Positions 1-14,404 of a stretch of 64,000 bases of DNA are shown piece after piece. Under the pieces are notes generated by a model. It was given only the letters and a program-made list of their open reading frames with translations. It ran no database searches and was not told the origin of the DNA. The translations under genes and the position numbers were made by a program. The stretch is from the NCBI RefSeq assembly GCF_009914755.1, contig NC_060948.1; one strand, given 5' to 3'. Within the stretch, counting starts at the first letter, position 1. Each line of letters begins with the position of its first letter. The DNA comes from the human T2T-CHM13v2.0 reference genome, Homo sapiens.

Positions 1-1481
1 AATTGAATCGATTGGAATGAAATCGCATAGAATGGAGTGGAATCAAATGGAATTGAATCGAAAGGAAAGGAAGCGAATGGACTGAAATGAAATGGAATGG
101 AATTGAATGGAAAGTAATGCAATGGAATAGAATGGAACGAAATTTCACGGAATGGAATCAAACTGAATGGAATCAAATCAATGGAAGCCAATCAAATGGA
201 ATGGAAAGGAATTGAATGGAGTAGATTGGATTGGATGGGATTGGAATGAAATGTACTGGAAAGGACTCGAATTTCATGAAACGGAATGGAATGAATTGGA
301 ACGGAATGGACTCGAATGCAATGGAATGTCATGGAATGGCATCAAATGGAATGGCATCAAATGGAATGGAATCGAATGCAATGGAATGCTATGGAATGGA
401 ATGGAATGCATTGGAATGGAATGTCCTCTAATGGAATGGATTCGAGTGGAATGGAATCGAATATAATGGAGTCGAATGAAATGGAATTGAAAGGAATGGG
501 ATCGAATACAATGGAATATACTGGAATGTAATGTAATGAACTCGAATGTAATTGACTGGAATGGAATGTACATGAATGGAATGTAATCGAATGGAAAGTA
601 ATCCAATGGAATAGAATCTAATGCAATAAAATCGACTCAGATAGAGTAGAATGTAATGGAATGGAGTGCAGTGCAATGGAATGGAATGGAATGGAATGCA
701 ATGGAATGGAATGGAATGGAATGGAATGGAATTTAATGGAATGGGATGGAATGGTATGGAATGGATAGTAATGGACTGGAGTGAAATGGACTGGAAAGGA
801 ATGGACTCAAATTGAAAGGGCTCGAAAGGAATGGAGTCAAATGGAATGGTCTGGAATGGAATGAACACGAATGTAATGCAATCCAATAGAATGGTATCGA
901 ATGGCATGGAATATAAAGAAATGGAATCGAAGAGAATGGAAACAAATGGAATGGAATTGAATGGAATGGAATTGAATGGAATGGGAACGAATGGAGTGAA
1001 ATTGTATGCAGTAGAAGGTAATAGAATGGAATGCAAGCGAAAGGAAAGGAATGGATTGGAATGGAATGGAATTCATTGGAATGGAAGGGAATGTAGTGTA
1101 ATGGACAGGTCTGGAATAAAGTGGAATGCTACGGTCTCAATGGAATAAAAATGTATGGAATGGAATGCAATGAAACGGAATCGAATGTCATAGAATGTAA
1201 TGGAATGCAACAAAATGGAATCCAAAATCATTGACTGGAAAGGCTGGGTGTCGAAAGGAATTGACTCCAATGGAATGGAATCGAATGGAATGGAAGTGAA
1301 TAGAATCGAACTAAATCGAATGGAATGGAATTGATAGGAACGGAATGGAAAGGAATGCAATGATTTGGCATGGAATGGAATCGAATGGCATCGAATGGAA
1401 TGGAATGGAATGCAATGGAATGGAATGTATTAGAATGTAATGAACTTTAATGGAATGTACTCGAATGGATTCGACTGGAAT

Positions 1482-1496
1482 GGAATGTTCTGGAAG
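1482..1496. promoter_or_regulatory. Perfect 3-pentamer heat-shock element motif (gGAAt gTTCt gGAAg); intact in A-type units only
   Basis: Exact match to nGAAnnTTCnnGAAn; the B allele reads gTTGt (e.g. 8594-8608). Motif match only, binding not shown. Confidence 0.45.
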
Positions 1497-1761
1497 TGAA
1501 TGGACTCCAATGGAATGGATTCCAAAGGAATGGAATCGTACGGAATGGAATCTAATGGAATGGAATTAAATGGAAATGAATCAAATTGAATAGCACGGAA
1601 TTGAATTGAATGGAATGGAATGCAATGGAATCTAATGAAACGGAAAGGAAAGGAATGGAATGGAATGGAATGGGCTGGAATGGAAAGGAATCGAAACGAA
1701 TGGAATGGAATCGAACTGAAGAGACTGGAATGGAATGCACTGGAATGGAAGGGAGTGTAAT

Positions 1762-1776
1762 GGAAGGTTCTCGAAA
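1762..1776. promoter_or_regulatory. Perfect 3-pentamer heat-shock element motif (gGAAg gTTCt cGAAa); intact in all units inspected
   Basis: Exact match to nGAAnnTTCnnGAAn, also intact in B units (e.g. 8874-8888). Motif match only. Confidence 0.5.
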
Positions 1777-2787
1777 AAAATGGAATCGAATGGAATGGAA
1801 TTGAATGGAACGGAATAGAGTCGAATGGAATTGAATGGAATGGAATGGACTAGAGTGAAATGGAATCGAACCACAAGGAATGGAGAGGAATAGAATGGTC
1901 TCGAATTGAATGGAATCGTATGGAATGGCATCAAACGGAATGGAATGGACAGCCACGGAATGGAATGCACTCGAATGCAATGGAGTCGAAACTAATGGAC
2001 TGGAATAGAATGGACTCGACTGGTACGGACTCCAATGGAATGGAATCGAATGGAAGGGAATCGAACGGAATGGACTCGAAGGGAAAAGACTGCAATGGAA
2101 AGGTCTCGAATGGAATGGAAATTAATGGAATGGAATGGAATCGAATGAAATGGAGTCAAAAGGAATGGAATCGAATGGCAACAAATCGAATGTAATGGAA
2201 TCGCAAGGAATTGATGTGAACGGAACGGAATGGAATGGAATCCAAAGGAATGGAATAGAATGGAATGGAATCGAATGGAAAGGACTCGAATGGAAATCAC
2301 TCGAATAGAATGCAATTTAATAAAATTGGATCAAATTTAATGGAATGGAATGGAAAGGAATCGAAACGAAAGGAATGGAGACAGATGGAATGGAATGGAA
2401 CAGAGAGCAATGGTATAGAATGGAATGGAATCATCTGGAATGGAATTGAATGGAATGGAATAATATGAAATGGAATGGAATGGAATGGAATGGAATGCCC
2501 TTGAATTAAATGGACTGGAATGGAATGGACTCGAACAGAGTGGAATGGAAAGTGTTGAGATAGAATGGAATGGACTCCTTTGGAATGGTGTAGTATGCAA
2601 TGCAATCGACTGGCAGGGAATCAAAAGGAATGTAATGTAATGGACTGGACTGGAATGCAATGGACTCGAATAGATTGGAAACGGAATGCAAAGGAATGGA
2701 ATGGAATAGTATGGAATGGAATGGAAAGGAATGGAGTGGAATAGACTAGAGTGGAATGGAATGGACTGGAAAGCAATGGACTGGAAT

Positions 2788-2802
2788 GGAACTTTCTTGA
2801 AT
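2788..2802. promoter_or_regulatory. Perfect 3-pentamer heat-shock element motif (gGAAc tTTCt tGAAt); intact in A-type units only
   Basis: Exact match to nGAAnnTTCnnGAAn; the B allele reads tGGAt in the third pentamer (e.g. 9900-9914). Motif match only. Confidence 0.45.
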
Positions 2803-3729
2803 GGACTAGAATCAAACGGAATGGAATGCAATGCAATCAAATGGCATGGAATAAAATAGAATGAAAGAGAATCAAATGGAATTGAATCGAATGGAATCGA
2901 ATGGATTGGAAAGGAATAGAATGGAATGGAATGGAATTGACTCAAATGGAATGGACTAGAATGGAATGGATTCGAATGGAAGGCAAAGGAATGGAATCTA
3001 TTGGAATGGACTGTAATGGAATGGAATGGAAGGGATTGGAATGGACTCGAATGGAATGGACTGCAATAGAAAGGATTCGAATGGAATGAAAAAGAATTGA
3101 ATGGAATAGAACAGAATGGAATCAAATCGAATGAAATGGAATGGAATAGAAAGGAATGGAATGAAATGGAATGGAAAGGATTCGAATGGAATGCAATCGA
3201 ATGGAATGGAATCGAACGGAATGGAATAAAATGGAAGAAAACTGGCAAGAAATGGAATCGAAATGAATGGAGTGTTATGGAACGGACTCAAAAGGAATTG
3301 AATGTAATAGAATGGAGTGGAGTGGACTCGAATATAATGGACTGGAATGGAATGAAATCACATGGAATGGGAACGAATGGAATGGAATGGAAAGGAATGG
3401 AATCGAATGGAAAGGAATCGAATGGAAGGGAATGAAATTGAATCAACAGGAATGGAAGGGAATAGAATAGACGGTAATGGAATGGACTCGAATAGAATGG
3501 ACATGAATGCTCAAATTGAATGGACTCGAATGGAATGGAAACGAAAGGAATGTCATCGAATGGAATTGAATCGATTGGAATGAAATCGCATAGAATGGAG
3601 TGGAATCAAATGGAATTGAATCGAAAGGAAAGGAAGCGAATGGACTGAAATGAAATGGAATGGAATTGAATGGAAAGTAATGCAATGGAATAGAATGGAA
3701 CGAAATTTCACGGAATGGAATCAAACTGA

Positions 3730-6700
3730 ATGGAATCAAATCAATGGAAGCCAATCAAATGGAATGGAAAGGAATTGAATGGAGTAGATTGGATTGGATG
3801 GGATTGGAATGAAATGTACTTGAAAGGACTCGAATTTCATGAAACGGAATGGAATGAATTGGAACGGAATGGACTCGAATGCAATGGAATGTCATGGAAT
3901 GGCATCAAATGGAATGGCATCAAATGGAATGGAATCGAATGCAATGGAATGCTATGGAATGGAATGGAATGCATTGGAATGGAATGTCCTCTAATGGAAT
4001 GGATTCGAGTGGAATGGAATCGAATATAATGGAGTCGAATGAAATGGAATTGAAAGGAATGGGATCGAATACAATGGAATATACTGGAATGTAATGTAAT
4101 GAACTCGAATGTAATTGACTGGAATGGAATGTACATGAATGGAATGTAATCGAATGGAAAGTAATCCAATGGAATAGAATCTAATGCAATAAAATCGACT
4201 CAGATAGAGTAGAATGTAATGGAATGGAGTGCAGTGCAATGGAATGGAATGGAATGGAATGCAATGGAATGGAATGGAATGGAATGGAATGGAATTTAAT
4301 GGAATGGGATGGAATGGTATGGAATGGATAGTAATGGACTGGAGTGAAATGGACTGGAAAGGAATGGACTCAAATTGAAAGGGCTCGAAAGGAATGGAGT
4401 CAAATGGAATGGTCTGGAATGGAATGAACACGAATGTAATGCAATCCAATAGAATGGTATCGAATGGCATGGAATATAAAGAAATGGAATCGAAGAGAAT
4501 GGAAACAAATGGAATGGAATTGAATGGAATGGGAACGAATGGAGTGAAATTGTATGCAGTAGAAGGTAATAGAATGGAATGCAAGCGAAAGGAAAGGAAT
4601 GGATTGGAATGGAATGGAATTCATTGGAATGGAAGGGAATGTAGTGTAATGGACAGGTCTGGAATAAAGTGGAATGCTACGGTCTCAATGGAATAAAAAT
4701 GTATGGAATGGAATGCAATGAAACGGAATCGAATGTCATAGAATGTAATGGAATGCAACAAAATGGAATCCAAAATCATTGACTGGAAAGGCTGGGTGTC
4801 GAAAGGAATTGACTCCAATGGAATGGAATCGAATGGAATGGAAGTGAATAGAATCGAACTAAATCGAATGGAATGGAATTGATAGGAACGGAATGGAAAG
4901 GAATGCAATGATTTGGCATGGAATGGAATCGAATGGCATCGAATGGAATGGAATGGAATGCAATGGAATGGAATGTATTAGAATGTAATGAACTTTAATG
5001 GAATGTACTCGAATGGATTCGACTGGAATGGAATGTTCTGGAAGTGAATGGACTCCAATGGAATGGATTCCAAAGGAATGGAATCGTACGGAATGGAATC
5101 TAATGGAATGGAATTAAATGGAAATGAATCAAATTGAATAGCACGGAATTGAATTGAATGGAATGGAATGCAATGGAATCTAATGAAACGGAAAGGAAAG
5201 GAATGGAATGGAATGGAATGGGCTGGAATGGAAAGGAATCGAAACGAATGGAATGGAATCGAACTGAAGAGACTGGAATGGAATGCACTGGAATGGAAGG
5301 GAGTGTAATGGAAGGTTCTCGAAAAAAATGGAATCGAATGGAATGGAATTGAATGGAACGGAATAGAGTCGAATGGAATTGAATGGAATGGAATGGACTA
5401 GAGTGAAATGGAATCGAACCACAAGGAATGGAGAGGAATAGAATGGTCTCGAATTGAATGGAATCGTATGGAATGGCATCAAACGGAATGGAATGGACAG
5501 CCACGGAATGGAATGCACTCGAATGCAATGGAGTCGAAACTAATGGACTGGAATAGAATGGACTCGACTGGTACGGACTCCAATGAAATGGAATCGAATG
5601 GAAGGGAATCGAACGGAATGGACTCGAAGGGAAAAGACTGCAATGGAAAGGTCTCGAATGGAATGGAAATTAATGGAATGGAATGGAATCGAATGAAATG
5701 GAGTCAAAAGGAATGGAATCGAATGGCAACAAATCGAATGTAATGGAATCGCAAGGAATTGATGTGAACGGAACGGAATGGAATGGAATCCAAAGGAATG
5801 GAATAGAATGGAATGGAATCGAATGGAAAGGACTCGAATGGAAATCACTCGAATAGAATGCAATTTAATAAAATAGGATCAAATGTAATGGAATGGAATG
5901 GAAAGGAATCGAAACCAAAGGAATGGAGACAGATGGAATGGAATGGAACAGAGAGCAATGGTATAGAATGGAATGGAATCATCTGGAATGGAATTGAATG
6001 GAATGGAATAATATGAAATGGAATGGAATGGAATGGAATGGAATGCCCTTGAATTAAATGGACTGGAATGGAATGGACTCGAACAGAGTGGAATGGAATG
6101 TGTTGAGATAGAATGGAATGGACTCCTTTGGAATGGTGTAGTATGCAATGCAATCGACTGGCAGGGAATCAAAAGGAATGTAATGGAATGGACTGGACTG
6201 GAATGCAATGGACTCGAATAGATTGCAAACGGAATGCAAAGGAATGGAATGGAATAGTATGGAATGGAATGGAAAGGAATGGAGTGGAATAGACTAGAGT
6301 GGAATGGAATGGACTGGAAAGCAATGGACTGGAATGGAACTTTCTTGAATGGACTAGAATCAAACGGAATGGAATGCAATGCAATCAAATGGCATGGAAT
6401 AAAATAGAATGAAAGAGAATCAAATGGAATTGAATCGAATGGAATCGAATGGATTGGAAAGGAATAGAATGGAATGGAATGGAATTGACTCAAATGGAAT
6501 GGACTAGAATGGAATGGATTCGAATGGAAGGCAAAGGAATGGAATCTATTGGAATGGACTGTAATGGAATGGAATGGAAGGGATTGGAATGGACTCGAAT
6601 GGAATGGACTGCAATAGAAAGGATTCGAATGGAATGAAAAAGAATTGAATGGAATAGAACAGAATGGAATCAAATCGAATGAAATGGAATGGAATAGAAA

Positions 6701-7277
6701 GGAATGGAATGAAATGGAATGGAAAGGATTCGAATGGAATGCAATCGAATGGAATGGAATCGAACGGAATGGAATAAAATGGAAGAAAACTGGCAAGAAA
6801 TGGAATCGAAATGAATGGAGTGTTATGGAACGGACTCAAAAGGAATTGAATGTAATAGAATGGAGTGGAGTGGACTCGAATATAATGGACTGGAATGGAA
6901 TGAAATCACATGGAATGGGAACGAATGGAATGGAATGGAAAGGAATGGAATCGAATGGAAAGGAATCGAATGGAAGGGAATGAAATTGAATCAACAGGAA
7001 TGGAAGGGAATAGAATAGACGGTAATGGAATGGACTCGAATAGAATGGACACGAATGCTCAAATTGAATGGACTCGAATGGAATGGAAACGAAAGGAACG
7101 TCATCGAATGGAATTGAATCGATTGGAATGAAATCGCATAGAATGGAGTGGAATCAAATGGAATTGAATCGAAAGGAAAGGAAGCGAATGGACTGAAATG
7201 AAATGGAATGGAATTGAATGGAAAGTAATGCAATGGAATAGAATGGAACGAAATTTCACGGAATGGAATCAAACTGA
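3730..7277 (+). repeat. DYZ1 unit 2, A-type with 15-bp deletion, 3548 bp
   Basis: Only one GGAATGGAATTGAAT copy at ~4511-4525; alleles CAATGAAATG (5586), GAAACCAAAG (5916), GGAATGTGTTGAG (6099). Confidence 0.9.
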
Positions 7278-10200
7278 AAGGAATCAAATCAATGGAATCC
7301 AATCAAATGGAATGGAAAGGAATTGAATGGAGTAGATTGGATTGGATGGGATTGCAATGAAATGTACTGGAAAGGACTCGAATTTCATGAAACGGAATGG
7401 AATGAATTGGAACGGAATGGACTCGAATGCAATGGAATGTCATGGAATGGCATCAAATGGAATGGCATCAAATGGAATGGAATTGAATGCAATGGAATGC
7501 TATGGAATGGAATGGAATGCATTGGAATGGAATGTCCTCTAATGGAATGGATTCGAGTGGAATGGAATCGAATATAATGGAGTCGAATGAAATGGAATTG
7601 AAAGGAATGGGATCGAATACAATGGAATATACTGGAATGTAATGTAATGAACTCGAATGTAATTGACTGGAATGGAATGTACATGAATGGAATGTAATCG
7701 AATGGAAAGTAATCCAATGGAATAGAATCTAATGCAATAAAATCGACTCAGATAGAGTAGAATGTAATAGAATGGAGTGCAGTGCAATGGAATGGAATGG
7801 AATGGAATGCAATGGAATGGAATGGAATGGAATGGAATGGAATGGAATGGGATGGGATGGAATGGTATGGAATGGATAGTAATGGACTGGAGTGAAATGG
7901 ACTGGAAAGGAATGGACTCAAATTGAAAGGGCTCGAAAGGAATGGAGTCAAATGGAATGGTCTGGAATGGAATGAACACGAATGTAATGCAATCCAATAG
8001 AATGGAATCGAATGGCATGGAATATAAAGAAATGGAATCGGAGAGAATGGAAACAAATGGAATGGAATTGAATGGAATGGAATTGAATGGAATGGGAACG
8101 AATGGAGTGAAATTGTATGCAGTAGAAGGGAATAGAATGGAATGCAAGCGAAAGGAAAGGAATGGATTGGAATGGAATGGAATTCATTGGAATGGAAGGG
8201 AATGTAGTGTAATGGACAGGCCTGGAATAAAGTGGAATGCTACGGTCTCGAATGGAATAAAAATGTATGGAATGGAATGCAATGAAATGGAATCGAATGT
8301 CATAGAATGTAATGGAATGCAACAAAATGGAATCCAAAATCATTGACTGGAAAGGCTGGGTGTCGAAAGGAATTGACTCCAATGGAATGGAATCGAATGG
8401 AATGGAAGTGAATAGAATCGAACTAAATCGAATGGAATGGAATTGATAGGAACGGAATGGAAAGGAATGCAATGATTTGGCATGGAATGGAATCGAATGG
8501 CATCGAATGGAATGGAATGGAATGCAATGGAATGGAATGTATTAGAATGTAATGAACTTTAATGGAATGTACTCGAATGGATTCGACTGGAATGGAATGT
8601 TGTGGAAGTGAATGGACTCCAATGGAATGGATTCAAAAGGAATGGAATTGTACGGAATGGAATCTAATGGAATGGAATTAAATGGAAATGAATCAAATTG
8701 AATAGCACGGAATTGAATTGAATGGAATGGAATGCAATGGAATCTAATGAAACGGAAAGGAAAGGAATGGAATGGAATGGAATGGGCTGGAATGGAAAGG
8801 AATCGAAACGAATGGAATGGAATCGAACTGAAGAGACTGGAATGGACTGCACTGGAATGGAAGGGAGTGTAATGGAAGGTTCTCGAAAAAAATGGAATCG
8901 AATGGAATGGAATTGAATGGAACGGAATAGAGTCGAATGGAATTGAATGGAATGGAATGGACTAGAGTGAAATGGAATCGAACCACAAGGAATGGACATG
9001 AATAGAATGGTCTCGAATTGAATGGAATCGTATGGAATGGCATCAAACGGAATGGAATGGACAGCCACGGAATGGAATGCACTCGAATGCAATGGAGTCG
9101 AAACTAATGGACTGGAATAGAATGGACTCGACTGGTACGGACTCCAATGGAATGGAATGGAATGGAAGGGAATCGAACGGAATGGACTCGAAGGGAAAAG
9201 ACTGCAATGGAAAGGTCTCGAATGGAATGGAAATAAATGGAATGGAATGGAATCGAATGAAATGGAGTCAAAAGGAATGGAATCGAATGGCAAGAAATCG
9301 AATGTAATGGAATCGCAAGGAATTGATGTGAACGGAACGGAATGGAATGGAATCCAAAGGAATGGAATAGAATGGAATGGAATCGAATGGAAAGGACTCG
9401 AATGGAAATCACTCGAATAGAATGCAATTTAATAAAATAGGACCAAATGTAATGGAATGGAGTGGAAAGGAATCGAAACGAAAGGAATGGAGACAGATGG
9501 AATGGAATGGAACAGAGAGCAATGGTATAGAATGGAATGGAATCATCTGGAATGGAATTGAATGGAATGGAATAATATGAAATGGAATGGAATGGAATGG
9601 AATGGAATGCCCTTGAATTAAATGGACTGGAATGGAATGGACTCGAACAGAGTGGAATGGAAAGTGTTGAGATAGAATGGAATGGACTCGTTTGGAATGG
9701 TCTAGTATGCAATGCAATCGACTGGCAGGGTATCAAAAGGAATGTAATGGAATGGATTGGACTGGAATGCAATGGACTCGAATAGATTGCAAACGGAATG
9801 CAAAGGAATGGAATGGAATAGTATGGAATGGAATGGAAAGGAATGGAGTGGAATAGACTAGAGTGGAATGGAATGGACTGGAAAGAAATGGACTGGAATG
9901 GAACTTTCTTGGATGGACTGGAATCAAACGGAATGGAATGCAATGCAATCAAATGGCATGGAATAAAATAGAATGAAAGAGAATCAAATGGAATTGAATC
10001 GAATGGAATCGAATGGATTGGAAAGGAATAGAATGGAATGGAATGGAATTGACTCAAATGGAATGGACCAGAATGGAATGGATTCGAATGGAAGGCAAAG
10101 GAATGGAATCTATTGGAATGGACTGTAATGGAATGGAATGGAAGGGATTGGAATGGACTCGAATGGAATGGACTGCAATAGAAAGGATTCGAATGGAATG

Positions 10201-10841
10201 AAAAAGAATTGAATGGAATAGAACAGAATGGAATCAAATCGAATGAAATGGAATGGAATAGAAAGGAATGGAATGAAATGGAATGGAAAGGATTCGAATG
10301 GAATGCAATCGAATGGAATGGAATCGAACGGAATGGAATAAAATGGAAGAAAACTGGCAAGAAATGGAATCGAAATGAATGGAGTGTTATAGAACGGACT
10401 CAAAAGGAATTGAATGTAATAGAATGGAGTGGAGTGGACTCGAATATAATGGACTGGAATGGAATGAAATCACATGGAATGGGAACGAATGGAATGGAAT
10501 GGAAAGGAATGGAATTGAATGGAAAGGAATCGAATGGAAGGGAATGAAATTGAATCAACAGGAATGGAAGGGAATAGAATAGACGGTAATGGAATGGACT
10601 CGAATTGAATGGACACGAATGCTCAAATTGAATGGACTCGAATGGAATGGAAACGAAAGGAATGTCATCGAATGGAATTGAATCGATTGGAATGAAATCG
10701 CATAGAATGGAGTGGAATCAAATGGAATTGAATCGAAAGGAAAGGAAGCGAATGGACTGAAATGAAATGGAATGGAATTGAATGGAAAGTAATGCAATGG
10801 AATAGAATGGAACGAAATTTCACGGAATGGAATCAAACTGA
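7278..10841 (+). repeat. DYZ1 unit 3, B-type, 3564 bp
   Basis: GGCC at 8219, GGTCTCGAATGG, GTTGTGG, GGACATG, GGACCAAAT alleles; anchor ATG mutated to AAG; same length as the canonical DYZ1 unit. Confidence 0.9.
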
Positions 10842-13800
10842 ATGGAATCAAATCAATGGAATCTAATCAAATGGAATGGAAAGGAATTGAATGGAGTAGA
10901 TTGGATTGGATGGGATTGGAATGAAATGTACTGGAAAGGACTCGAATTTCATGAAACGGAATGGAATGAATTGGAACGGAATGGACTCGAATGGAATGGA
11001 ATGTCATGGAATGGCATCAAATGGAATGGCATCAAATGGAATGGAATCGAATGCAATGTAATGCTATGGAATGAAATGGAATGCATTGGAATGGAATGTC
11101 CTCTAATGGAATGGATTCGAGTGGAATGGAATCGAATATAATGGAGTCGAATGAAATGGAATTGAAAGGAATGGGATCGAATACAATGGAATATACTGGA
11201 ATGTAATGTAATGAACTCGAATGTAATTGACTGGAATGGAATGTACATGAATGGAATGTAATCGAATGGAAAGTAATCCAATGGAATAGAATCTAATGCA
11301 ATAAAATCGACTCAAATAGAGTAGAATGTAATGGAATGGAGTGCAGTGCAATGGAATGGAATGGAATGGAATGCAATGGAATGGAATGGAATGGAATGGA
11401 ATGGAATTTAATGGAATGGGATGGAATGGTATTGAATGGATAGTAATGGACTGGAGTGAAATGGACTGGAAAGGAATGGACTCAAATTGAAAGGGCTCGA
11501 AAGGAATGGAGTCAAATGGAATGGTCTGGAATGGAATGAACACGAATGTAATGCAATCCAATAGAATGGTATCGAATGGCATGGAATATAAAGAAATGGA
11601 ATCGAAGAGAATGGAAACAAATGGAATGGAATTGAATGGAATGGAATTGAATGGAATGGGAACGAATGGAGTGAAATTGTATGCAGTAGAAGGTAATAGA
11701 ATGGAATGCAAGCGAAAGGAAAGGAATGGATTGGAATGGAATGGAATTCATTGGAATGGAAGGGAATGTAGTGTAATGGACAGGTCTGGAATAAAGTGGA
11801 ATGCTACGGTCTCAATGGAATAAAAATGTATGGAATGGAATGCAATGAAACGGAATCGAATGTCATAGAATGTAATGGAATGCAAAAAAATGGAATCCAA
11901 AATCATTGACTGGAAAGGCTGGGTGTCGAAAGGAATTGACTCCAATGGAATGGAATCGAATGGAATGGAAGTGAATAGAATCGAACTAAATCGAATGGAA
12001 TGGAATTGATAGGAACGGAATGGAAAGGAATGCAATGATTTGGCATGGAATGGAATCGAATGGCATCGAATGGAATGGAATGGAATGCAATGGAATGGAA
12101 TGTATTAGAATGTAATGAACTTTAATGGAATGTACTCGAATGGATTCGACTGGAATGGAATGTTCTGGAAGTGAATGGACTCCAATGGAATGGATTCCAA
12201 AGGAATGGAATCGTACGGAATGGAATCTAATGGAATGGAATTAAATGGAAATGAATCAAATTGAATAGCACGGAATTGAATTGAATGGAATGGAATGCAA
12301 TGGAATCTAATGAAACGGAAAGGAAAGGAATGGAATGGAATGGAATGGGCTGGAATGGAAAGGAATCGAAACGAATGGAATGGAATCGAACTGAAGAGAC
12401 TGGAATGGAATGCACTGGAATGGAAGGGAGTGTAATGGAAGGTTCTCGAAAAAAATCGAATCGAATGGAATGGAATTGAATGGAACGGAATAGAGTCGAA
12501 TGGAATTGAATGGAATGGAATGGACTAGAGTGAAATGGAATCGAACCACAAGGAATGGAGAGGAATAGAATGGTCTCGAATTGAATGGAATCATATGGAA
12601 TGGCATCAAACGGAATGGAATGGACAGCCACGGAATGGAATGCACTCGAATGCAATGGAGTCGAAACTAATGGACTGGAATAGAATGGACTCGACTGGTA
12701 CGGACTCCAATGGAATGGAATCGAATGGAAGGGAATCGAACGGAATGGACTCGAAGGGAAAAGACTGCAATGGGAAGGTCTCGAATGGAATGGAAATTAA
12801 TGGAATGGAATGGAATCGAATGAAATGGAGTCAAAAGGAATGGAATCGAATGGCAAGAAATCGAATGTAATGGAATCGCAAGGAATTGATGTGAACGGAA
12901 CGGAATGGAATGGAATCCAAAGGAATGGAATAGAATGGAATGGAATCGAATGGAAAGGACTCGAATGGAAATCACTCGAATAGAATGCAATTTAATAAAA
13001 TAGGATCAAATGTAATGGAATGGAATGGAAAGGAATCGAAACGAAAGGAATGGAGACAGATGGAATGGAATGGAACAGAGAGCAATGGTATAGAATGGAA
13101 TGGAATCATCTGGAATGGAATTGAATGGAATGGAATAATATGAAATGGAATGGAATGGAATGGAATGGAATGCCCTTGAATTAAATGGACTGGAATGGAA
13201 TGGACTCGAACAGAGTGGAATGGAAAGTGTTGAGATAGAATGGAATGGACTCCTTTGGAATGGTGTAGTATGCAATGCAATCGACTGGCAGGGAATCAAA
13301 AGGAATGTAATGGAATGGACTGGACTGGAATGCAATGGACTCGAATAGATTGGAAACGGAATGCAAAGGAATGGAATGGAATAGTATGGAATGGAATGGA
13401 AAGGAATGGAGTGGAATAGACTAGAGTGGAATGGAATGGACTGGAAAGCAATGGACTGGAATGGAACTTTCTTGAATGGACTAGAATCAAACGGAATGGA
13501 ATGCAATGCAATCAAATGGCATGGAATAAAATAGAATGAAAGAGAATCAAATGGAATTGAATCGAATGGAATCGAATGGATTGGAAAGGAATAGAATGGA
13601 ATGGAATGGAATTGACTCAAATGGAATGGACTAGAATGGAATGGATTCGAATGGAAGGCAAAGGAATGGAATCTATTGGAATGGACTGTAATGGAATGGA
13701 ATGGAAGGGATTGGAATGGACTCGAATGGAATGGACTGCAATAGAAAGGATTCGAATGGAATGAAAAAGAATTGAATGGAATAGAACAGAATGGAATCAA

Positions 13801-14404
13801 ATCGAATGAAATGGAATGGAATAGAAAGGAATGGAATGAAATGGAATGGAAAGGATTCGAATGGAATGCAATCGAATGGAATGGAATCGAACGGAATGGA
13901 ATAAAATGGAAGAAAACTGGCAAGAAATGGAATCGAAATGAATGGAGTGTTATGGAACGGACTCAAAAGGAATTGAATGTAATAGAATGGAGTGGAGTGG
14001 ACTCGAATATAATGGACTGGAATGGAATGAAATCACATGGAATGGGAACGAATGGAATGGAATGGAAAGGAATGGAATCGAATGGAAAGGAATCGAATGG
14101 AAGGGAATGAAATTGAATCAACAGGAATGGAAGGGAATAGAATAGACGGTAATGGAATGGACTCGAATAGAATGGACACGAATGCTCAAATTGAATGGAC
14201 TCGAATGGAATGGAAACGAAAGGAACGTCATCGAATGGAATTGAATCGATTGGAATGAAATCGCATAGAATGGAGTGGAATCAAATGGAATTGAATCGAA
14301 AGGAAAGGAAGCGAATGGACTGAAATGAAATGGAATGGAATTGAATGGAAAGTAATGCAATGGAATAGAATGGAACGAAATTTCACGGAATGGAATCAAA
14401 CTGA
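10842..14404 (+). repeat. DYZ1 unit 4, A-type (NdeI subtype), 3563 bp
   Basis: CTCAAATAGA, GGTATTGAATGG, AAAAATCGAA, CATATG (12592) and TGGGAAGGTC alleles. Confidence 0.9.

Larger units (their letters stand above)
167..3729 (+). repeat. DYZ1 unit 1, A-type, 3563 bp
   Basis: Anchor-to-anchor spacing 167->3730; GGACAGGTCT allele, GGTCTCAATGG 1-bp deletion, TCAAATTTAA and ACATGAATGC alleles. Confidence 0.9.

Noticed and set aside
625-3230. Several AATAAA hexamers per unit as possible polyadenylation signals
   Set aside because: They arise easily from GGAAT->AAAAT/TAAAA variants, and there is no evident downstream GU/U-rich element or transcript evidence.
9104-10360. 418-aa minus-strand ORF, repeated in every B-type unit and in unit 16 (303-305 aa in A units)
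   Set aside because: Low-complexity IPFHS translation of (ATTCC)n, a pentamer with no stop codon in any frame. Its length changes with satellite SNPs and it has no recognisable domain.
10859-10869. GAATCTAATCA resembling the DUX4 motif (TAAYYYAATCA)
   Set aside because: It mismatches at the first core base, and the alternative allele matches equally poorly; too weak to call.
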